Position numbers and translations under genes: made by a program. Of a stretch of 64,000 nucleotides of DNA, positions 9,665 to 18,879 are shown piece after piece. The number at the start of each line of letters is the position of its first letter. Positions within the stretch are counted from its first letter, which is position 1. The DNA comes from Bacteroidota bacterium (GTDB taxonomy: Bacteria > Bacteroidota > Ignavibacteria > Ignavibacteriales > Melioribacteraceae): positions 12,488 through 76,487 of the forward strand of contig JAKAEE010000008.1 of the NCBI GenBank assembly GCA_021820065.1, in the 5' to 3' direction. The notes below the pieces were generated by a model that searched no databases, had not been told where the DNA came from, and was given only the letters and a program-made list of their open reading frames with translations.

Positions 9665-10738
9665 TTAAATTACTTTACAAAAAACTTTTCCGGCATCTTC
9701 AAGAAATCTAGCGGGCTCCTCTCTTATGCTTTTTCTATATTCTTCAAAATTTGCAATTGCCTCGTTATAGTTATTCAGACAGTCTTCAATTTTTTTAACT
9801 ATCAACGGAATATTATCTTCTATACTATCAAATTTATAATCCTCAGGAATTGTCATATCTTCTTTTAACCTTGCACCTCCCCTTCTATTTGTTATGACAC
9901 AGCATTTAAGAGAGGCGGCTTCGCGCGGCAGCCTATCGCGGCCCGGATGATTACCAAAATCGATATATACTTTTGCTTTTTGAAGCTGCTTTATAACTTC
10001 AGTCCTGGACATATTTTGTATTGGCACAAAATTCAGATGTTTAGCGGATTCTATAATGCGCCTTGTAAAGCCAACACCTTTTGCAGGATTGTATGCAATA
10101 ATATTTTCTTTTAAGGAGGTGTCTGTTTCAATTTTCAAAAAGTCCTCATTAAGAAGCTCGGAGATGTATATAACATTATTTAGCCCAACACTTCCCAGAT
10201 AATTTTCAACATGTTTTGCCGAACATAAATTTACCAATGCCTGCTTAATTAAATCATCCTCTGAAAAATTATAATTTTTATAATAATCCAAAGCAATTTC
10301 ATTTGTATCAATAATAGAGGTTTTACCGAATTTTTCAAAAAGTTTATTTACCATCCTTAACAGAAGATAAAAAAAACGCTTTTGCATCATAAATCTATTA
10401 ATCAAATAATTGTCAATACTAAGCCACCAAATTACTTTACGAATATTTTTAAATTTCTTTAGAACCTGAACTGTTAGATATATCTCAGGAACAATTAAAA
10501 TATTGTTTTTGTTGTCCTCTATCGAATAAGAAACCGGATTATTGTAGAATTCAAAATCTTTAGGTACCGGCGTGGGATGATCAACAGGGATGGGATAAAT
10601 AAACGCATCAAAATTAAACCGTTTTCTAAAGTAAGAGACAATCTGATGTATTAATTCGGGACCTGCTGTGCGCGCATTTGCTGGAACTGCAAAATATATT
10701 TTCGTTTTATCATTAACCTCTATCACAATATGATCCAT
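9665..10738 (-). CDS. Uncharacterised EPS-locus protein, possible GT-B-like fold
   Basis: 357-aa ORF in operon orientation. The C-terminal half (VYIDFGNHPGRDRLPREAASLKCCVITNRRGGA) resembles a GT-B nucleotide-sugar-binding half. No family recognised. Confidence 0.45.
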   Translation of the reverse strand: MDHIVIEVNDKTKIYFAVPANARTAGPELIHQIVSYFRKRFNFDAFIYPIPVDHPTPVPKDFEFYNNPVSYSIEDNKNNILIVPEIYLTVQVLKKFKNIRKVIWWLSIDNYLINRFMMQKRFFYLLLRMVNKLFEKFGKTSIIDTNEIALDYYKNYNFSEDDLIKQALVNLCSAKHVENYLGSVGLNNVIYISELLNEDFLKIETDTSLKENIIAYNPAKGVGFTRRIIESAKHLNFVPIQNMSRTEVIKQLQKAKVYIDFGNHPGRDRLPREAASLKCCVITNRRGGARLKEDMTIPEDYKFDSIEDNIPLIVKKIEDCLNNYNEAIANFEEYRKSIREEPARFLEDAGKVFCKVI

Positions 10739-10816
10739 TTTATTTATAACCGGTCTGATTTCTAGCTCGCTATTCCATAAAAAAGATTATTACTAAACCT
10801 CTACAAAAAACTTTTG

Positions 10817-12079
10817 TTAGATAAGATTAATATTCTTTCTTTTTAAATATATAAACGTGATTAGCATAATAAATACTTCGGATAATAAAACCGAGATAGA
10901 ACTGCCGATATGTTTATAATAGGGAACCAATAAAAAGGATAATCCTAAATTAAAAATGCCGGCAAAGATGATAATATTTGAAAATGCCTTTTTATAATTG
11001 AATGACAACATTGTCAATGACGTTGTTATAATATTTATTCCGCCAACAAGCGGTATAAATGCCAATATTTTCAAAACAACAATAGATTCAAGATAATGAT
11101 TACCTAACAATATTTGGACGATCCAATTTGTAAATGCTAAAACCACGACGCTAATAATCATCCCAATAAAGCCAACATATCTAACAAGCTTTTTAATAAA
11201 TATTATAGCATCCTGCTTAGATTCAGTATACAACCTGCTTAAATAAGGATATACAGAATAAAAAATAGGGCTTAAAAAATCTTCAATAGCTTTAATTATT
11301 CTCTCAGCAGCTGAATAGTACCCTACAATAATGCTATCGGCAAACAATCCAAGAATAAAGACATTCGAAGTGGTATATAAACTTGTAGCCAAGGTAGAAA
11401 TGAATAGATGCCATCCTTCAACTAATTGATATTTCAAATCAGCAAAAGTTGGAATAATAAATCTTATCTTAAATGTATAGAATGCCACCCATAATGAAAG
11501 TATACCAGCCAATATAAACCCCAAGGAATTTATAATTGGTACGTACAAATAATCATTTGAACTTTTAACAACAACAAATATTGAAATCGTGAATATAATT
11601 CTCGAAATCAAGTTCAATATTGTGATGTATTTCATTTGTTCAATGCCTTGGAAGAACCATCGGGGGAACATGTTTTGCCCGATCACAATTCCAAAAGTAC
11701 AGTAATACAGCAGCCATTCGCTTCTAAGTTTATCAAATGAAAAAATGATTAATGATAAAATGGATAGCGATATAAAAACAAACAAAATTTTTAATGTCAT
11801 TACCGAGCTAAATATTGCCGAGACCTTTTCTTTATTTTGTCTGTAAATTGATATTTCTCTAGTCGCTGAAAAATTAAATCCATAATCTATAAAAACGTTG
11901 AAATATTGAATCAATGCTTGTGCAAATGCCAATAAACCATAGTTTGAAGGTAAAAGTACACGAACAAGGTAAGGCAATGTTATTAAAGGGATAATATAAT
12001 TTGCAATTTGAAGAATACTAAGAGAAAAAAAATTTTCGAGTAATCTTTTATTGACGCCGATATTTAAATACTTTTTCAA
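10817..12079 (-). CDS. wzx: O-unit/polysaccharide flippase (MOP family)
   Basis: 420 aa, about 12 predicted TM segments. N-terminus RLLENFFSLSILQIANYIIPLITLPYLVRVL is typical of Wzx. Confidence 0.8.
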   Translation of the reverse strand: MKKYLNIGVNKRLLENFFSLSILQIANYIIPLITLPYLVRVLLPSNYGLLAFAQALIQYFNVFIDYGFNFSATREISIYRQNKEKVSAIFSSVMTLKILFVFISLSILSLIIFSFDKLRSEWLLYYCTFGIVIGQNMFPRWFFQGIEQMKYITILNLISRIIFTISIFVVVKSSNDYLYVPIINSLGFILAGILSLWVAFYTFKIRFIIPTFADLKYQLVEGWHLFISTLATSLYTTSNVFILGLFADSIIVGYYSAAERIIKAIEDFLSPIFYSVYPYLSRLYTESKQDAIIFIKKLVRYVGFIGMIISVVVLAFTNWIVQILLGNHYLESIVVLKILAFIPLVGGINIITTSLTMLSFNYKKAFSNIIIFAGIFNLGLSFLLVPYYKHIGSSISVLLSEVFIMLITFIYLKRKNINLI

Positions 12080-12156
12080 TTACCGCTATAGAAGATACTT
12101 AAAGGGTTATGCAATCTGAACAAACATTAAAAAAAGAATAGTTAAATAAAGAATAA

Positions 12157-13572
12157 TCATGTTTCACTTACATCACCCAAAATTGAAGCTCTCTCCTCCT
12201 CCCGCAAATCACCAAAGTGTAGAAACATTGCCACAGAAGTCCAAAATACCATCGAAAATTGCCACCCTTCTATGTTTGGCTCTATCATCGAATGTACTAT
12301 AACGCCTAAAAAAGCACTGACAAATGACCAGAGTAATATCTTTAATTTTACGTTCTTTTCATTGATATAATTTTTAATTGCCAAGAACAAGGAGTATCCA
12401 AGAATTGAAAGAAATAGGATCGCACCAATTACGCCGTTTTCTCCCAGCAAGCCAAGTACAATATTATGTGCTGAAGCAGCAGCGTCTGTCAATTTAAATT
12501 GCGAATAAAACCCTAAATTTCCAAAGCCAACACCTGTTATTGGATTTTCAAGAAAAGTTTTCCAAACGTCTTTATAAAAATTAACTCTACTCATGTACGA
12601 AAAGCTGTTTTCAACATTACTAATTCCTTCAAATATTATTCTTGTCATCGGATTTAGAATAACAACAATTGCAACAACAATAACCATGAGCAAAAGAGGA
12701 ATAAATGTACGTCTTTTGACGGCACGTGAGAGAAAGATAAAAAGAGCAACAGTAAGTGATAAAATGCCCCCTCTTGAAAATGTGAGCATTATCGCAGCTG
12801 ACATTAAGAACAAAACACCTAGAAACAATAGTCTTTTTAAAGTTGTTTTCAGCATAAATATAAATCCAATTGTAATCGGAATTAACAACACAAAAAAAGC
12901 AGCCAAATAATTTGATTTACCCCAGGCAACTTCTAAAAGGTTCTTTCTAAAAAATAATCTCACAAGCCCAATATTTACTCCACCCAAAGAGTAGAGGACA
13001 TAAAATTCAATAACTGCTAATGTTAAACCCCATAAGATTAAAGTAATGATCAAACTTTTGACTTTGTTTGTTCTGTTTAGAATAAACAGTGTAAAGACAA
13101 ACATCATGAATCCGGAGAAGTAATTTCTCCAATATGCAATTGAGACTTGCTTATTTATCGAACTAACTGCCACAAAAAAAGTCCAAAGAAAAAACAATGC
13201 GAATAGTATTTTAATCTCAACATGTTTCCCCCTATATATTTCATTTTCATCTAACAAAACTTTCAATAAGAAAATCACTAATAAAATAGGAAGGAATATA
13301 TCTACAAGAGTTATTACAGACGGTTTTTCCCCGATATTAAATGCATCTATACCACTTATAAGTATAGTAAATAAAAACCATTGAAGTAACTTATACGGGT
13401 AATTAAAGAACCAATAAATAAAGAAGACTAGGAAGAAAAATGATATAACTTCCAATGAAATTTTAAACAAACCCATCCCCAAAAATGCAAGCGGAATCAA
13501 TTCAAGAAAGATCAATAAACTAAAACTGCCTATCTTTACGTAAGAATTGTTGTTAGCGAAAATGATTTTCAT
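12157..13572 (-). CDS. wzy: O-antigen polymerase/ligase family protein (Wzy_C)
   Basis: 471 aa, polytopic. TFSRGGILSL motif plus the later HNIVLGLLGENG, characteristic of the Wzy_C/O-antigen ligase domain. Confidence 0.8.
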   Translation of the reverse strand: MKIIFANNNSYVKIGSFSLLIFLELIPLAFLGMGLFKISLEVISFFFLVFFIYWFFNYPYKLLQWFLFTILISGIDAFNIGEKPSVITLVDIFLPILLVIFLLKVLLDENEIYRGKHVEIKILFALFFLWTFFVAVSSINKQVSIAYWRNYFSGFMMFVFTLFILNRTNKVKSLIITLILWGLTLAVIEFYVLYSLGGVNIGLVRLFFRKNLLEVAWGKSNYLAAFFVLLIPITIGFIFMLKTTLKRLLFLGVLFLMSAAIMLTFSRGGILSLTVALFIFLSRAVKRRTFIPLLLMVIVVAIVVILNPMTRIIFEGISNVENSFSYMSRVNFYKDVWKTFLENPITGVGFGNLGFYSQFKLTDAAASAHNIVLGLLGENGVIGAILFLSILGYSLFLAIKNYINEKNVKLKILLWSFVSAFLGVIVHSMIEPNIEGWQFSMVFWTSVAMFLHFGDLREEERASILGDVSET

Positions 13573-14804
13573 TTTTGTCTATTCAAAAAGAACATTTTTC
13601 TTAGAGGTAATACTATTTCTTCATGAACCTTCCTGTATCTAATTTCATCAGCTTGCATCTTACTCCAATTTTCTGCAAACAACATCCATACAAGAGCAAA
13701 AATGAAAGAGATTAAGAAAGCAATTATTATGATGAAAGCTTTTTTAGGACCGGCTTTTTCTTGGGCGGGAACAGCTTTATCAAGGAAAAGACAAACAGGA
13801 ATATCCTTTTTTTCCTCTATCTTCGCTTGTTCATATATCGGTACAATAAATTCTAATATCTTCGCTTGTAACTCGTATTCTCCTTTCAATCTAATGTATT
13901 TTACTCCGACCTCGGGAAGTTCAGAAAAAGGTGTAAATAAATTTACATCTCGTTGTCCATCAATATTCGCATATTTCATTTTATTCAGTTGAGCCTGCAT
14001 TTCATTTATCATCAATTGCTTATCGGCAATTAGCGGATTATCGTTTCCATAACTTTTCTTAAATATATCTAGTTCAATTTTTTGAATTTCAATTTTCGCT
14101 TTTAACTCAGCAGCAATAGTAATAGCTGCTTTAGTTTGCTCTGCTAATGAAAAGACAGAATAATTTCTACTAAAGTTTTTTAACGAATCCTCAGCATTTT
14201 TTATATCGTTAAGAGATTGAATATACCTTTTTTCTATAAATTCCCGGTTATTTTTTGCTTCAGCAGTACCAAGATCAATACTAATCTCATTAAGCACTTC
14301 CACAAAATAATTAGCCATTTCGGCAGCTCTTTGAGGATTGTTATCAGTTACTTTTATTGTAATATTTCCTTCATCTTCAACATTAAATTTTACGTTACTA
14401 TCTAATTCTTTCAGTACACTTTCTATTGGTTCACTTGCCTTAAAATCATAAACCTTCCTAAGGTCAAATTTATTTATGACTTTTTCATAGGATGATCGAC
14501 TTTTCAATATAGCGAGATAATTATAAGCTTCATCAGAAACCGTTCCCAATCTTCCTAACGTTCGTGACAAATCTTTTATAGTGCTTGAAAAACTACCAAT
14601 ATCGCCCAATAGTCCACCCTTTGATTTTGGAGGCATTACACTCGCAGTAGAAGTATACCATTTAGGGATGAAAAAACTAATAATGGTTGCAAGAATAGTT
14701 ATCAATAATACATTGAAAATAATAAACTTACGCCATTTAACAATTAAAATGGCAAAATCAATGAAAGACTTTTCTTGCTTCACAATTTGTTTCGAATTTT
14801 CCAT
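13569..14804 (-). CDS. wzz: Chain-length determinant (Wzz/GumC-like), no kinase domain
   Basis: 411 aa with N- and C-terminal TM helices flanking a coiled-coil periplasmic region. No Walker motifs. Overlaps wzy by 4 nt. Confidence 0.7.
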   Translation of the reverse strand: MENSKQIVKQEKSFIDFAILIVKWRKFIIFNVLLITILATIISFFIPKWYTSTASVMPPKSKGGLLGDIGSFSSTIKDLSRTLGRLGTVSDEAYNYLAILKSRSSYEKVINKFDLRKVYDFKASEPIESVLKELDSNVKFNVEDEGNITIKVTDNNPQRAAEMANYFVEVLNEISIDLGTAEAKNNREFIEKRYIQSLNDIKNAEDSLKNFSRNYSVFSLAEQTKAAITIAAELKAKIEIQKIELDIFKKSYGNDNPLIADKQLMINEMQAQLNKMKYANIDGQRDVNLFTPFSELPEVGVKYIRLKGEYELQAKILEFIVPIYEQAKIEEKKDIPVCLFLDKAVPAQEKAGPKKAFIIIIAFLISFIFALVWMLFAENWSKMQADEIRYRKVHEEIVLPLRKMFFLNRQK

Positions 14805-14851
14805 AGTTTGGTTACCATTAATACAAATTTCGTTTTGTTTTAAATCAAAAT

Positions 14852-16294
14852 TTATTTTTTTGCTTGAACAACTATTAAGATGACTGTTGCCACAGCTGTT
14901 ACTACCGTTGAGACATATCCGAGTGTCCGCATATAATATTCAAACGGCTTTGGAACATTTTTGGGAACGTAAATGAAATCTCCCGGATCAATTTTCGAAT
15001 CACTGTCTGCAGTAATCCACGCATACGATCCGCCTTTAATAATTTTCACTTCGCTTTCGGCACGCTCGCCCAATCCGCCGGCTTTGTTAATGTAATACTT
15101 ATCACTTTTCTGAGGTACATACTCAACATATCCGGGATTTCTAACTTGCCCAAAAACGTAAACCAAATCTTCTCGTTGCGGGATTACAATTATATCTCCG
15201 TCTTGAACGATGTGTTTGCTTTCTGTTGTTGTATCGGAATTGATCTTGGTAAAATCAATTATACTTTTGCTTTGAAGAACCCGTAGAGTGTTGTCAAGAG
15301 CCACTGAAGACGAATCTTCCGCGTACATATCGTTCATGCGCAGCATTTTCATCTGCTCAATAAACACATCGTTCAAATATTTCTCTGTAAGAATCGTATT
15401 GAAATTTCTATCCTTCTCAAATTCATCGCGTAACGCTTTCATCTTCAATACATTTACTTCACTAGTTCCTCGCAGAAGTTCGCTTCTTTCAAGCCAGGCT
15501 TTATCGGTAAATCCGCCTGCTTTAGCAATAACATCTTTTATTGTTGTGTTATCTTTTGTGATGTAAACGTAACCCGGTGTTCTTACTTCGCCCAACACTA
15601 AGGCTTTGTAGGCTTTCTTATCGTTATCCTTAAATAGAATTCTGATCCGATCGCCAATCTGCAGTTTGTAATCATCTTTGATCGGCACATTGATAACATT
15701 TTCTTTATTTCCATCGTTGCTTAGTCTTGAAATTTCCGCGGTTGTAACATTATCGTAAGCGGGATTAATTCCGCCGGCGAACAGAATAGCATCGGAAAGT
15801 TTGTCTCCATCCACAAATTGAAATTTTGTCGGCTTGTTAACGGCGCCGCTAATCTCAACAATACTTCTCTCATCATCGTACGAAGGGAAAATGATAACGT
15901 CGTCATCTTGCAGATACGGATTGTTTGACATATCTCCGGTTAAACGATACTTCAGCAAATCAATTTTTACAGTTTCGCCGTTGCGGTGCTTCAAAGTGAT
16001 ATCGCGCTTGGCATACTTTTCAATTTGCGCCGTGACTTTTTTGATCATATCAATCTGGTTTAGCCCGGAGCGCATATTCAATTCGGCTTCGGTGAATACT
16101 TTTGTGATGAAATGATCAAGACGTTCCGACTTGTACGCCGTGAACGAACCGGTGACTATAAAATCACCGCCGATTGTTACTGTGATCGGTTGAAACATCG
16201 AAAGGTTACTCTGCTTGCTCAATTGCTGGTTATCATCCTGAGCAAACAAAAGAGAAGCGAAACAAACAAAGACAACAACAAATATTTTTTTCAT
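14852..16294 (-). CDS. wza: Polysaccharide export protein (Wza-like, SLBB repeats)
   Basis: 480 aa with a signal peptide. Repeated GxV..PG.Y SLBB-type segments (GEVRTPGYVYI, GQVRNPGYVEY) and a C-terminal TM helix. Confidence 0.75.
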   Translation of the reverse strand: MKKIFVVVFVCFASLLFAQDDNQQLSKQSNLSMFQPITVTIGGDFIVTGSFTAYKSERLDHFITKVFTEAELNMRSGLNQIDMIKKVTAQIEKYAKRDITLKHRNGETVKIDLLKYRLTGDMSNNPYLQDDDVIIFPSYDDERSIVEISGAVNKPTKFQFVDGDKLSDAILFAGGINPAYDNVTTAEISRLSNDGNKENVINVPIKDDYKLQIGDRIRILFKDNDKKAYKALVLGEVRTPGYVYITKDNTTIKDVIAKAGGFTDKAWLERSELLRGTSEVNVLKMKALRDEFEKDRNFNTILTEKYLNDVFIEQMKMLRMNDMYAEDSSSVALDNTLRVLQSKSIIDFTKINSDTTTESKHIVQDGDIIVIPQREDLVYVFGQVRNPGYVEYVPQKSDKYYINKAGGLGERAESEVKIIKGGSYAWITADSDSKIDPGDFIYVPKNVPKPFEYYMRTLGYVSTVVTAVATVILIVVQAKK

Positions 16295-16303
16295 ATAGTT
16301 TTT

Positions 16304-17341
16304 CTAATTCTTATTAAATCTGTGAGCGTATTGTTCGTTATAATAATTTTGATATTCACCCGAGATAATTCTCTCCCACCAATTTTTATTTTGCAGATAC
16401 CAATCGATTGTATCGCTGATGGCATTTTCAAAATTGAATTCCGGTTTCCATCCGAGTTCATTTTGGATTTTCGAAGAGTCGATCGCGTAACGCCTATCAT
16501 GCCCGGGGCGATCTTTAACAAACTCAATCAGTTCTTCACCTTTTCCCAATTTTTTCAGAATCAATTTAACAATCTCTATGTTTTTCATCTCTCGACTGGC
16601 ACCAACATTGTAAACTTCGCCAACTTTTCCGTTTTCAAGAACCAACTCGACAGCTTTATTGTGGTCAACCACGTAAATCCAATCGCGAACATTTAATCCG
16701 TCGCCATAGACAGGCAATTTTTTGTTGTTGAGAGCGTTAATAATCATAAGCGGAATTAGTTTTTCCGGAAATTGAAGCGGGCCATAATTGTTAGAACACC
16801 TTGTAATCACTACCGGCAATCCGTATGTATGATGAAACGCGAGCGCCGCCATATCTGCAGCCGCTTTGCTTGATGAATATGGACTGTTGGGACTTAATGA
16901 CGTTTGCTCTGTGAATAATCCGGTTGGACCAAGACTTCCGTAAACTTCATCGGTTGAGACTTGCAGAAATTTCTCAACGTGATATCGGCGTGACGCTTCT
17001 AACAAAACAGTTGTTCCTATTACGTTTGTTCTGTAGAAAATTTCCGATCCTAAAATGCTCCTATCAACGTGAGATTCTGCGGCGAAATTTACAACAAATT
17101 TTATTTCAAATCTCCTAAAAAGATAGTCCACAAGTTCATTGTTGGTAATATCGCCCTTTATGAAGTTGTAATTATTTTTCCCTTCAACCGGCTTCAAGTT
17201 TTCAAGATTGCCTGCGTAGGTCAGTTTGTCGAGATTAACAATGAAATAATCGTCGCGCTTAGAAAGGATATAATTGATGAAGTTGCTTCCAATGAATCCC
17301 GCGCCGCCGGTAACCAATATTTTTTTCACCTTACCCATCAA
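16304..17341 (-). CDS. rfbB: dTDP-glucose 4,6-dehydratase
   Basis: 345 aa. VTGGAGFIGSNF Rossmann motif, SPYSSSKAAAD catalytic YxxxK, C-terminal DRPGHDRRYAID. Confidence 0.9.
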   Translation of the reverse strand: MMGKVKKILVTGGAGFIGSNFINYILSKRDDYFIVNLDKLTYAGNLENLKPVEGKNNYNFIKGDITNNELVDYLFRRFEIKFVVNFAAESHVDRSILGSEIFYRTNVIGTTVLLEASRRYHVEKFLQVSTDEVYGSLGPTGLFTEQTSLSPNSPYSSSKAAADMAALAFHHTYGLPVVITRCSNNYGPLQFPEKLIPLMIINALNNKKLPVYGDGLNVRDWIYVVDHNKAVELVLENGKVGEVYNVGASREMKNIEIVKLILKKLGKGEELIEFVKDRPGHDRRYAIDSSKIQNELGWKPEFNFENAISDTIDWYLQNKNWWERIISGEYQNYYNEQYAHRFNKN

Positions 17342-18081
17342 AATGCAAACAACCCAAAATAAATACCGGTCTGAATAAAAAATGAATTGCTTTTCAAATC
17401 CGACGGCACTCCTCTCAATATTTGATTGTTGTCAACCTTCCATTCGTTGTTGAAAGAGAAAATATAACCTCCTCCAACTCTGAAGGCGATAAATCTGTTG
17501 AGGGGGATATCAACATTCAATGTTGGTGTTATAGTGAAAAATGTGTTTGTGTATTTTCTGCTAATATTCAAATCATAGACAAGTCTAGAAGAAAGATGTG
17601 GGGGTGATGTAATGCCTTCCCAAATATAATTATCCTGGTTCTTATAGAATTGTATGCTGGATGAGCCTACGCCAATTATGGTTCCAACAGAAACAGCAAT
17701 TCTATTTATAAACGGTAATGTATATTCAACTGTCAATCCACCAAGACCGTAGCTGTAATCAACTTCTTTGTTAAATCCTTCGCTTGTCCCTGTAGTGCTT
17801 ATCGATCCGCTTATTCCCATTCCGCCGATTCTCAAATTGTCTATTATCATAATGTAAGCATAACCGGAGCCGCCCCAGGTAAACATACCGGAGGTAGAAA
17901 GCCCGCTTATACCAAATTGTTTAACGAGATCATTCACGGGATTTACATTTGGAAAAACATAAACCGGAGAAAACCCGCCTGCTGCGCCAAATCTTCCGAC
18001 CCATCCAACCTCATCGCCTTCTTGAGCCGTTACCGGAAGGGCTAAGATTACTAATAAAAATAAGGACAATAACTTTTTCAT
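17338..18081 (-). CDS. Small outer-membrane beta-barrel protein, first gene of the EPS operon
   Basis: 247 aa with a signal peptide (LPVTAQEG). Gly/aromatic-rich alternating strands and a C-terminal ...GLFAF. Confidence 0.55.
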   Translation of the reverse strand: MKKLLSLFLLVILALPVTAQEGDEVGWVGRFGAAGGFSPVYVFPNVNPVNDLVKQFGISGLSTSGMFTWGGSGYAYIMIIDNLRIGGMGISGSISTTGTSEGFNKEVDYSYGLGGLTVEYTLPFINRIAVSVGTIIGVGSSSIQFYKNQDNYIWEGITSPPHLSSRLVYDLNISRKYTNTFFTITPTLNVDIPLNRFIAFRVGGGYIFSFNNEWKVDNNQILRGVPSDLKSNSFFIQTGIYFGLFAF

Positions 18082-18196
18082 AGGGTTTAGATGTGTGACT
18101 TTTTGATTGGTGAAATTAGTAATTCCAAAGACAAAATAAAAATTTAATCCTCATTATGCGAAGAGAAATCCAATTGAGCGCAACGATGTAATGGCA

Positions 18197-18232
18197 CACG
18201 GATGAACACGGATTAAATAGATTAGCACGGAT
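18197..18232. repeat. Three CACGGAT words
   Basis: CACGGAT at 18197, 18207 and 18226. Confidence 0.5.
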
Positions 18233-18401
18233 TTGTGATTCCTTTCATTTGAACGAAAGGAGATGTTTGCTTGATTTCAAAACAACTTCTTTGCGAGAGA
18301 CTTAATAAAATATTCGAAAGGAAAATTCTAAAAAGATTTCTTCTTAGGATAAACAAAAATCTAAATCAAATATTAATTGATGTTACGCAAAATCTATAGA
18401 A

Positions 18402-18474
18402 TGTCATGCTGAACTTGTTTCAGCATCTAGAAACAGCGCAAAAAAAGAGATTCCGAAACAAGTTCGGAATGACA
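18402..18474. repeat. Pair of inverted REP-like hairpins with compensatory stem changes
   Basis: TGTCAT-[GCTGAA-cttgt-TTCAGC]-ATCT ... AGAT-[TCCGAA-acaag-TTCGGA]-ATGACA. The loops and flanks are the same, the stems differ but both pair, and the flanks also pair with each other. Confidence 0.7.
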
Positions 18475-18543
18475 AATGTCCCCTTCTGTGTAACTTCAGT
18501 TATTAAGCAAAGAATTTGAGTGTACGGGTATTGAGTTTTCCAT

Positions 18544-18879
18544 TACTGCAAATCTGTACGTTGGTTTTGCAGACCTGTTAGGTAGCATTGCAAACGGATT
18601 TGTCAACTCTGCAAAGCAATTGTGCGGCGTTAAAATGATGTAAGCAAGCATTGCAATGACATTGTTCAAGTCTGCAACGGGATTTGTAAGTTCTGCAATG
18701 AGACAAGTTGGGCTGGAAATGGCATTAGTAAAGCTTGAAATCGTATTAGTAAACTCTGCAACGGCATTTGTTAGTCTTGCAATGATACATGTTGGTCTTG
18801 CAATGAGATAAGTTTGGCTTGAAATGTCTCAAATTCGTTCAGAAATACGATTAGTTTCGTCAAAGTTGCTTTTTTTTGC
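18544..18879. repeat. About 16 phased, degenerate 21-bp tandem repeats (core TTGCAA)
   Basis: The TGCAA-type anchor recurs at 18547, 18568, 18589, 18610, 18652, 18673, 18694, 18714, 18736, 18757, 18778, 18799, 18820 and 18841. No spacers and no ORF of 60 aa or more. Confidence 0.85.

Noticed and set aside
16112-16696. 194-aa plus-strand ORF spanning the wza/rfbB junction.
   Set aside because: It is antisense to two well-supported genes. The hydrophobic, low-complexity translation is typical of AT-rich shadow frames.
18544-18879. Possible CRISPR array.
   Set aside because: The units are contiguous 21-mers with no unique spacers, are highly degenerate, and are shorter than known CRISPR repeats. 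No cas genes are in the window.
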